Shown here piece after piece: positions 52,251 to 64,000 of a stretch of 64,000 nucleotides of DNA (the first letter of the stretch is position 1; every line of letters begins with the position of its first letter). The notes below the pieces were generated by a model. It was given only the letters and a program-made list of their open reading frames with translations, searched no databases and was not told the DNA's origin. The stretch is from positions 2,281,984 to 2,345,983 of the forward strand of contig CAVNZM010000016.1 in NCBI GenBank assembly GCA_963693365.1, written 5' to 3'. Both the position numbers and the translations under genes were made by a program. The DNA is from Amoebidium appalachense. Lineage: Eukaryota; Protista; Ichthyosporea.

Positions 52251-54365
52251 GGCTGCTGCCCATTTTTTCTAGCGCGCAAACTATCATGCGGTGTCTTTTA
52301 CAAGTAGTTCGGAAACCAAACGGGGTCCGTGATCGGACAGTCGGACACCCCAAAACTGGGGGAAAACATGATCTTTTGCGCGCCAAAAGCTACTCACCCT
52401 GCAGTCCTATTGGTTTCCTATAAAGACAAAAAAGGCAGGAAAATACTAGACCTCATTGGCCATACCCAGCTTGTGGGGTGTTTCCACGGCCCTCTGAACT
52501 TTTTTTCAGAGGGCCGTGGTGTTTCCTACTAGCGAAACAACGCTAGCGATGCCGCCGAAAAAGATCAGACACTTTTGTCCTATTTTAGCCATTAATTAGG
52601 ACCGATTTGTCCGGTTATGCGGATTATCAGTTGTCAGTGACTGTACATACATATTCCTTATCCACGATCAGCTTTTCACAGTACTCCATAATTATACTGT
52701 TTATACGGTTTTATTATATTTAACTATAAAGAATGTACAGAAATATAATGCAGTTTATGTGAATATAAATTATTGGCATTTGCATATTGACTTTTCCTTG
52801 AGTACATCAATAAAGTCAATATTAAAAAAAGGCATTCTCTACCCCATCCTCAAGCTTATATGCTCAAAGGGGATCTTGTGAATCACCAAAAAAGGTGCGC
52901 AATCTGCCGGACCACTGGCGCCGGCCGGAAGGAAAAAAATCATTTCCCCGTGAAAGCTCGGTGTTGCCCGGTGACGAACGAAAATCACTCGTGCGCACGT
53001 AGTTGAATGAAATAAGCTGGATTACAAATATATCTACAGTCAGTATGTACATACACTGAAAAGTCGTACTGTGGCATCGGCAGATTTTTGTAGAACGATC
53101 CATGGAGCTTCCTGCCAATCAATAGCCTGGACTAACATTCACAGGAGGCTCGGTGAAACCGAATCCTATGCACGAGGCATCGTAGTGGCTGACTGACCTC
53201 TCTCCAGTCTCCACACCACAGCACATATCATATTTCGAAATTATAACCTTGTAGGCATTCAATTTGAAATAAACTTTGATCAAATAAGATTAAATCAAAT
53301 ACAACAAATATAATATGACAATGTAGTCGACAATACCTATCAATTTGACCATTCCAAATCATAGTATTGCCTGGTTTGCACAATAATAAAACTTCATTTT
53401 ATTGGCCATTCATCATGTTTGCCTAAGTGAAAGAGCCCCAAGGGCGAGAAGCTTTTCTGATTGGTCCGATTTTGAATACCTACCTGTGCGATTTCCTATT
53501 GGCTACAGCTCAAGTTCCAACCAACAACTTTCCCGGGCCAACGAACTGTGTGCAGGAAGAAATTTTAAACCAGGGGGAAAAAACCTATAGAGGATTAAAG
53601 TGAAACTATGAAAACAAATAATGGGTTGTTTTTTCTGTTAACTAACTAGTGATACACTCATTGCTATAGCCAGTTTGTTTACACGTTCTACAATAGTACC
53701 ACTCTTCTTTTTCCGCAAGCCCACGACCAGTCCTGGCCCATTTTCGCCGGTTGCCGGCACAGCGGGCACACAGACGGGCACACGCGAATGTAGAATTTGG
53801 GCACCTGTTTTTTGGGCCGGGATGTCTTTCTTCGTACTTATTAGTTGAGTAGCCTTTACGTTCAGCCTATGAACTCTACTTTGTAAGCGCTCTAGAAAAA
53901 GAGAGTGCATCATTCCAAGCGGACATGTTTGTCTGCCAATCTATTTGTAATGGTCATGGATAACGCACACACACACCGTCCACACACGCACACGCACACA
54001 TACCCACCCACACACACACAGACACGATCGCGCGTGTGGGCACGGAGGTACACACGGACAGACAGCAGAGACGCACTCAACCGCCCTATTTGGGATCGTT
54101 CTTACCAGGCATGCATCAGTGAAATCGTAGGTCTTTGAATCTGGTTACCAAACGCCAAAACAGCGGGGTAGCACAAATGGAGCTAAAAAAGCAACTTGGG
54201 CTTATTCCTAACAGCACGTACGGTACTTTAGATTTGTGGTCCAATTGACGGCAATTCTATCACTAGTTGTAATTGGTAAATAAATGAACTACGTTCACGC
54301 CAATGTTGAGAGTTCAATTCGTTTTGTTTTGCTGATTTACTTTCCATTGTTTCACCTTTAACACC

Positions 54366-56052
54366 ATGGTTTCACTCACCGAGCAAGATGAACAGAACCT
54401 CCACCAACGCACAACATGGACGGAGGACACCTTTCTCGTTTCCGAGGTCGAGAGTCTAGTAGAAGGGCTGTGTGGGCCGCGCGACCCATCTCTCGAACAT
54501 GACTTCCTCCGTGTTGTGTCATCAGCACCAAGCAGCTTTCTTCACTCACGCAATGCGCAGAACATCCCACTTCGCACCAAGGATGAGATCGGGAGGTTGC
54601 CACCTGTTGGTGGGGAATCGCCCGTTTGGGCAAGCGCATCATACAGCCGTTCTCCCGGATTCAAAAACCACATGAACGCTGGGGGCTGGCGCGTGCGGAA
54701 GAAATCGACGTGTAAGCTCGACTTTTCAGATGTGACTGACATAACATCATTTCTGCATGTTTTGAGGTTGCACAAGTACACGGCCGGCTTGGTTAAGGCA
54801 GGGTTGGATCTTCACAAGTTGCTTCATCTAACCGATGATGACCTTCTCCGTGCCGGTGTGATGGCGCAGGGTGCCCGAACTAGACTTTTGGTTGCGGCTG
54901 AAAAATTCAAGAATACGCCGTATTGCGACCCCTCTTTGTTGGACTCCCCATTTGCGATGACGGGCCAACATGGCAAGGGAATCGGGAGTCAGGCGGTGAG
55001 AACGCATCCGAGCAAGGTTGGTGTTTAACTATGTTTGCTGCTCGGTGCCCTCAAGTGTCATTGATCTGCATCTGTCTGCATGTGAAGTTGCACGACTCCC
55101 TGTGTACATGTGCACCACACACCAATTTATCATGGTTGTTTCAAGTTGTTGTTACCAACGGTTGTTATTATTGTTATTGTTGTTGTTTTTCATAGTATTA
55201 TTAATAGTATTGTTAATATTATAGTATTATTATTCCCCTTCACTGAGGCTACCCTAAAGGCAAGGGCTATCATATGCATGCATTACAAAGATGCTACTCA
55301 CCGCATGTCGTGACATATCCTTTCTGTAACCTTACCACATATAGATTTTTCCTGATTATCCCCTTCCTCCCTAAACCCATGCAGTTAAGAAGGGGCACCA
55401 GATTCGACAGACGTTCGCCTCCCCCCACGCGCGCTGGCTCCAGGCCTGCCCGACCCTTTTCTATGGAAATATTTCCTACGGACGAACAATTTTCCCGATT
55501 TTCAAGGGGGGGTCCTGAAAGGCGTTATAGTGAAAGTAGCGTTTCCGGGGGAAACGACGGTGGGATGCACACACAGGGACAGGCAGGGAACCAGGAGAGA
55601 TGCACGTACGGGGAGATGTGGGGAGGTGGACAGAGGGGCGGTGGAGGTGGAAGTGTGGATCTGCGTAAGGTAAGACTGGCAAATACATGAAGATGTGTGT
55701 TTGTGTGATAGATGGTATGTAATGTGATGACGGTGTTGGTGGCCCAGGTGTGTGGGTGGGTGTGGGTGTGGTGTACACGTGTGTGCGTATGTGGCGCATC
55801 ATTGATATACAGCATTACACATGCGTAGTGGAACCCCTACAACCTTGAGTGAACCTCGATGCAAATTTTAAATCAGAATATGAAAATACTCCTCCTCTGG
55901 AGTGCTAATGACTCATTTCGAAATCCCACCCCCCGCCGTCCTGGTGTGAAGAGACTTCGTGCACACAACTCGAACACACGCGCGCGCACACACATACACA
56001 CTCAGTCGCCCGTACTCACCACTCACACTCATTCACTCACTCACCCACCCAT

Positions 56053-56102
<50 letters not shown>

Positions 56103-56153
56103 AACAAACACAGAGCCCTCCCTCCCCGCACACACACACACCCTCCCCCCTCT

Positions 56154-56206
<53 letters not shown>

Positions 56207-57269
56207 ACAGCCGCTACCCATACCCAAACGAGACAACACCACATCCGACAACACAACACCACACGTGTCCACCTCTGGAGGGGCGCCGGGACGGCGTCCA
56301 CCCTTCCGCCCAGCTTCACAAGACCATCACCTAGCCAGCTTAATCGACGACATGCAATCGTTGGCCGTCTCTGACGAATATTCACATTTTGTTCAAAACA
56401 TAAAATCCTCCAACGCTGGTGGTCGCGGTAGTGTTCATCGCGGCGCGTCGTTTCAAGGGTCTCTCTCTTCCTCCTCCTCTTTGACTAACGTTCGTGTCGG
56501 TGGTGGGTGTGTCGGTAACGGTAATGTCGGTGGAGGTGGGGACGGAATGGGTGCAAGGGAGATTAGGGAGCCCAATGTTCCTACTCCGTCCCCGCACCGC
56601 GGTTTCATGTCGGGGGGAAATTTCAACTTATCGGCCGCACAGTATGAGCCTGCCCCACACAGGAAACGCAGCGTTGCCGGCCCAGGAAACCACCTTTCCG
56701 CATCTCTCTCGGACGTTTCCCGAAACTCTTTTTCCTCCACGCCGAGCCCTAGCTATAATGGCGGAAACCCGCGGACGCACGGACCAATCCGCTCACAGTC
56801 TTACACCGCGGGAGTGGACACCAATGTGCATGTGCATGCACCCCCATCTGCGCACATGCACCCGTGGGAAAATGCGGATTCTCAGTCGCCGCGTTTCGCC
56901 GCGTCATTCCCCGCTTCTGGGCAGATGAAGGGGGCTTTTGACCCCCAAAATGAAATTTCCGGGGGTGGTGGTGTGGGAAAATATTATGGCGGCGGCGGCG
57001 GTGGTGGGTCACATCAAAGCGGGTGGGTGGATGGGGGTTTTTTCTCGCCAGGAAGTTTCGGGGACGAGAGATTACCGTATTACAACATGCGGTCGGCAGG
57101 AAATTTGACGTGGAGGGAGGTTCAGATGGAATCAGCCCCCTCCCAGCGCAGGTTTGTTGGTGGAACTTTGCCCCGTTGGTCCTCAAGGACTGGTGGCTGG
57201 TCCGGGAATGACTGTGAGGGGGGCGAGCAGTATGGGGGGAGTGGGAGGGAAAATGTGGGCGGAATGTGA
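54366..57269 (+). CDS. SAM-domain protein, Vts1/Smaug-like RNA-binding SAM followed by long S/G/P-rich disordered tail (~664 aa, 3 exons)
   Basis: Exons 54366-55016, 55385-55669 and 56211-57269, all phase 0 GT-AG. SAM segment DITSFLHVLRLHKYTAGL...LLHLTDDDLLRAGVMAQGARTRLL carries the LRLHKY and GAR signatures of the Smaug/Vts1 SAM. Confidence 0.87.
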
Positions 57270-57519
57270 ATTATTTGCTTCATGTGTGGGGTGTGTGCGT
57301 GGGGAGGGATGGGGGGGGGGGGGGGGGGGGGGTTTGGTAACATTTAGCCTAAATTTCAATTATGAGGACATTTGGCGTGTGTGATAGCTTGTATATCTCT
57401 TCTTCGATTTAGTTTTTGATTTTGTTTCTGGTATTTGTGGCGCTGAGGTGCAGGGAATTTGATGGAGGCTGTGACAGAGCCGGTCAGTAGAGTCTGTGTC
57501 CGGCATATTCTGACGCCTC

Positions 57520-57587
<68 letters not shown>

Positions 57588-57790
57588 GTTTCCATTTGAG
57601 ACAGCAGTAAGAATACTAGTGGTGGTGACGTGTGCTTTAAATTCATGTCATCTTAAATCCTATCCGGCCTGCGAGATATTCATAAGTACTTTTTGTAGTA
57701 TTTGTCAGTCGATACTAAGCACTTGGCCTTAGATATCCTGAGAGTGGGCAAGCAGGTGTCTGTTTTTTTGTGTGTGTCGGTGTGTTTTAA

Positions 57791-57854
<64 letters not shown>
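57791..57854. repeat. Uninterrupted G64 homopolymer
   Basis: Directly visible; the length may be inflated by sequencing or assembly. Confidence 0.9.
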
Positions 57855-57855
<1 letters not shown>

Positions 57856-58128
57856 CCGAATGATTTTAAGTTTGTTGTGTGTGTGTTCGGATTTTTTTTT
57901 TTTTTTTTTTTTTTCTTCTTCTAGTTTTTATTGTTGCTGTTTTGTGGTGTGTGTTTGGGGTGTGTGTGTGGGGGGGGGGGGGGGGGGTTCATTAATATTT
58001 CTAGGCTTTTTTCTTTTCTGTGATAGGCACTCGCACACTAGTAGCGCAGTGACTTGGCAATCCCCATGCATTGGCCGTGAGGGGAGCCCTAGCGACACCG
58101 CGTGTTACACAGTCTGTATATACGTGTA

Positions 58129-58398
58129 TACCACTGGTATCATACACAAGTAACTTTTCGTGATTGGTAATCTCATATATCTTGCTGGCTCGTGTGATAT
58201 TTATCCAATCGTTGTGTGTACCACTGGTATCATACACAAGTAACTTTTCGTGATTGCTAATCTCATATATCCCGCTGGCTCGTGTGATATTTATCCAATC
58301 GTTGTGTGTACCACTGGTATCATACACAAGTAACTTTTCGTGATTGCTAATCTCATATATCCCGCTGGCTCGTGTGATATTTATGCAATCGTTGTGTG
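58129..58398. repeat. 90-bp tandem repeat x3
   Basis: CCACTGGTATCATACACAAG at 58131, 58221 and 58311; copies near identical. Confidence 0.95.
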
Positions 58399-59509
58399 CT
58401 TTCTTATTGTTGTTTGCGTGCGGGTGCCTGGCGCATAGCACTTTAACCATATATATTAACAATATTAACGTCATCTACACACCTGAAAAATAAGTCCGAG
58501 TAATGATTATACGGCAACCCGTATAAAAACCAAACCGTCCATGATAACCTCCAGGCAAGGAATGGCCAGTCAGCTGCTGTTAATTAAATGATGAAATGAC
58601 TCGAGAGCTCAGTCTGGCATCGATCACGAGTTCCTACAGTCAGCGACATGAAGGCAGACCCAATCACAACCTATGTAAACAAAAATTAAGCGTTTTGATT
58701 CGACCATTATCAGTGCAGCACCTTTTAATACCCCTTTTACCCCCCCTCTGCTTTGTTCCACAGCCAATGAGCGTCGAATTCCATAAATTTGATCCTGTTC
58801 GATTGGATAAAGATCACGTACGAATTAGGCTCTGTGATTGGGTCTGCCTTCATGTCGCTGACTGTACGTATACTCTGTACGTTCACGGGTATCATGATGG
58901 TTCCAGATCGAATCCAGTTCGATCGGATCGTCCATATAAGGAAGGTGTGACAACCTGTTTTTGCGAAGGGACTCCCCCTACGTATTCTGTACCAAAATCA
59001 AATGCCGCGTCGGACTGCTGACAAAGTTGCCCTCCGAAAAATGATAACACACATAGACATCCGGCCGGGGCTCCCCAGGGGGGGGGGGGGGGGGGAGGGG
59101 GGGGGGGACATTAACACATATAATTGCTTGCAGGCGGAACGTCATTAACTCCACATCTGTATTTGTTGCATGGGAGTACTGGTGGCCGCATCTTGGTGCC
59201 GGCACCTCAGGCGGAGAGCTCACATACAAGGCTTCAATCATGAACAGCTACACTTGAACCCCATTAATATTGAGTGATATTCAATGATACTTCAACATAT
59301 TCGGGTTCAACTTGGGTAAATATAACTTCGTCAGGCTTTACGAACGATACAAGCACCCATGGCCAGCTCGCAAATAAAACTGTCTGTGCCCAAAATTTGG
59401 TCACAATCTCGCTGAATTTGGTCTGAGTACGTAGTTATGTACATAATGGCATATGGGTCGGTGCAATGGGTTACCAGGCGATCACTTTCTGCGGTAACAA
59501 GTCATATTT

Positions 59510-59542
<33 letters not shown>

Positions 59543-59888
59543 GGGACCATGTCCTTAAACTTTGATGATACACATGTACAACGCTTTTCGCGAGTAAACG
59601 TGACATGTACAACACTCTTTATCGAATAACTTAAAAAAGAAAAATGACTGAGAAAAACACCGCCTCTCAAACCACTGGCAGTGACTACATACTAGGCTAG
59701 GGAGAGGGTTTTACGCTGTTTACTCGAGGCAAAGAGAGATCAGTCTCAGGTATGGGGGGTTTTTGCTCGGAATATCCCCTAAGCGGTATATCATGATCAA
59801 GTACATAGATGAAGGGTGATGATTGTATATCAGGGTTCTTCTTGCTATATGAAGCACCATATAGACTAAGAAGAAAAATCGATTAGTT

Positions 59889-59923
<35 letters not shown>

Positions 59924-59979
59924 TTTTTTTTTTCTTTTTTTTTTTAACGGGCTCCCCTGGGACACTCGGTATCAGCTGG

Positions 59980-60010
<31 letters not shown>

Positions 60011-60811
60011 TTAAGAGTTTTGTGATTATGTGTTTCTCAAGCCAATCAATACATCTAATAAACAGATCATAGTCACGTGTGTTAAGCATTAAATCAAGGA
60101 TGTTGTAATTGTCGGGTAAGCTATCTTTGTGGGGTGTCTGCTGTGAATGCGTCATACAGAAGCATGGCAGCAACAACTTTTTGGCTCCCTGTGGGCTGCA
60201 TTTTTTTTTCTTCTTATCCATCGATGGTTTGGACCCTTTTTCTGCTGTTAGACGTGACACACACACACGCGCGCGCGCGCGCGCGCGCCCGGCTCTTTCT
60301 GTTCTTCTCTCTTTCTCAATCCCCCCCCCCCCCCCCCCCCCCCCCTCCCCCCCCCCCTTTCTCTCCCGACCTCCGATCTGCCAGTGTACACATACGTATA
60401 TACTGGAAGTGGGAGCCGTATGCACCTGCTTGCTTTCTTGTGCATGTGCTCTGTAGCTGGTTTTGCCTCCCTTAAAAAGGAGTATCCCAGGGCTCAGGCT
60501 CTTATTATCGTCTAATTGTACATATTAGGAGTGGCTTTGCCGCCTCAGTCAATAGTTTATCAAGTGTACAGTTTCGCTTCATTCCTACGTATTGGGAAAT
60601 GTTAGCCCGTCCTAAATTCAGCCGTTGATTTATTCAGTAATGCAGCCGATATTCCTATTCTACCGTATTCCTAGCATCACGTGTGAAGAGATTTCACACA
60701 TGTACAAACACACAGGCACCGCACACACACCCACATCATACACACCCAGAGACATACATACTGTGCGCGCGCCCACACACACCGACAGACACACACACAC
60801 ACGGACACACA

Positions 60812-60897
<86 letters not shown>

Positions 60898-60949
60898 GGG
60901 AAAGAAAGAGAGAGAGAAAGAGAGAGAGAGATAGAGAGAGACAGAGAGA

Positions 60950-62057
<1,108 letters not shown>

Positions 62058-62161
62058 GAGAGAGAGGGAGGGAGGGAGGGAGAGAGGGAGGGAGGGAGGG
62101 AGAGAGGGGGGAGGGGGAGAGAGAGGGAAAGAGAGAGAGAGAGACAGAGAGAGAGAGAGAC

Positions 62162-62217
<56 letters not shown>

Positions 62218-64000
62218 GAGGTAGCTGGTTGAGTGGGAAAGAGAAGGGGGATGGAGGGGGGGAGGGGGAGAGAGAGGGAGAGAGAGAGAAAGAGAGAGAG
62301 CTGAGAGAGAGGGAGACGGAGAGGAGGGAGGGAGAGAGGGGGGGGAGAGAGAGGGAGAGAGAGAGGGGGAGAGGTGAGCCACACTGCTCATTGTGTATTG
62401 CGTACTGACATGAGTGATATCATCGTGGCCCCGGGCTTTTCTGCTTCGCTAGCTCCAGTACTGGCTCATGGCATGCCTCCGTGGTACGTACGACTAAAAG
62501 CCTACAAATATTAGTCTAACTGTATCATAATTGTAACCTCACCCCTGGCTGCGTTCATCACAACATGCAAATGAATGCAGTTTCCTTAGCTGAGTTTACT
62601 TCGTTTTCCTTTCCCACTTACGCGGCATACACGCCGTACGCGGCGACGTTTGGGGGCCATATCATAGGCGTCTCGCATGAGCCTCGAAAACACATGATTA
62701 ATGAGCTACGAAAATGCTTCTGGACGACGAATTCCTGTTGCCTCCTATTTGAACAGACACGCGCCGCCGCGCCGCCGCGGTGCGGCGGGCCGGTGTCAGG
62801 CTGGAAGGGTGTGAAATTTTGAATGTCAAAAAAAAGGAAGAAGGAAAAAAACGGCCCAAAACTCCAAAACTGAAAGACATATTGATGTTAAATCTACTGA
62901 TATATTCAATATGGGCCACTCGGTTAGGGGTGTCATAACAGGGGGAAAAAAAAACACTCCTTTGCTTGGGTCGGTGTCCGGGGCACCCATTGAAAAGCCT
63001 GATTTCGCACCCCGAAACTATTTTACAAGTGCATTGATGCGATTGGCCAGATCTACGCAGTGGCGGTTAATCAAACCCACAGCAGGCCCCACACATTCCA
63101 GTCATCGAATGCATTCCTCATGGTGAATGTGGGCTGCTCATGGGTGCGCGCTCTCATTCTTCTTTGATCAGAAAAGGAAAAAAAAAATACAAAATATTAT
63201 ATTTGTAAATGATTTGATACTTGTGTATTTTTGTTTCAAGTCTTATTTGTCCTTCGGGAGATTGTCGTGCAATAATGAATGGAACGCCGTTATTGATAAA
63301 AAGAGGAATAGAAGCTAAGCCTTCGAGATCTTCATGGAATTCTTCATATAAACGTGTGTGATATTATTTATATTTTCAGCACAAAAAACATTAGTTATTA
63401 GATATTTCTTTTCTTTTTTTATAGCCACGTTGATCTGGATGCTTGTATATAAACGGTTATATGGAACGTAATATAATGATCTTGAGAACTTTCGCACCTT
63501 GAGTCACTGCCATCTGGCATGCCATCTAAAACCCGCATACCATCCTGATGTCTAACGCGAGATGATTGGATGGTTTTATCCTGATAACAAGAACAAAAAG
63601 GGCACGGCACAGCGTGCGTCAATTCACTGCTGTGCTTTGCTTCAGTGGCGTGTTGAAAACCATCAACCTTGAAAAGCAGCAAAAAATTCGTCTTGTTTCT
63701 TCGTCTTCCTGCTTTCCTACTCACACAAATGCGTTGTGATCTCGTATAATAACGTATAGGGTAGCGGACGTAGCTTTTGATTGCCGCAAGGGCGAGCCTT
63801 ACAATAGGTGTTCAACAAGTTTTTTTCACCAGAAGAGGGGGGTAGATTCAACTCTGTCGACGTCAGCCCAAAAGTAGCACACCATCCCCACAACCACTTA
63901 CATAGCTCTTTATTTCAATAGTTATACCTCGTACGTATCTGACACTCTCTGTTATTGCGCTGAGAGCCAGGTAATAACTCGGCGAAAATGAACAACATAC

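Noticed and set aside
50995-52600. Complete piggyBac element with TTAA ends
   Set aside because: TTAA sites exist but no matching TIR pair was found; only the transposase remnant is supported.
58129-58398. CRISPR-like array
   Set aside because: Whole units are near identical; there are no unique spacers.
63330-64000. Coding-like minus-strand stretch at window end
   Set aside because: Multiple stops, no recognisable motif, truncated by the window edge.

Overview
Repeat-rich eukaryotic genomic DNA with long introns full of (CA)n/(GA)n microsatellites and poly-G/poly-C runs. A unicellular opisthokont or other protist is my guess; this is not provable from the sequence. Most ORFs in the supplied track are microsatellite artefacts. 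The first ~6.9 kb is a nested transposon stack. A minus-strand LINE (ORF1, then APE-endonuclease/RT ORF2 running off the window start) is split by a 3.6-kb Ty3/Gypsy-type element (near-identical 480-bp LTRs, TSD GAAGC, PBS, PPT, decayed RT) and by a 708-bp solo LTR (TSD TGGAG). Removing both inserts restores an open ORF2. A DIRS-like RT/RNase H/YR remnant and a piggyBac transposase remnant are also present. Reconstructed spliced host genes: a C2H2 zinc-finger gene (+), an acidic/low-complexity gene (-), a 7-exon ~241-aa conserved-looking gene (-) with a predicted 8-nt microexon and a tandemly duplicated last exon, a Vts1/Smaug-like SAM-domain gene (+), and a weaker, possibly DENN-like gene (-). 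A modular dispersed repeat recurs about 12 times, mostly in introns and with a consistent orientation relative to the host gene. No rRNA, tRNA or CRISPR array was seen. All gene models were assembled by hand and are unverified by expression data.
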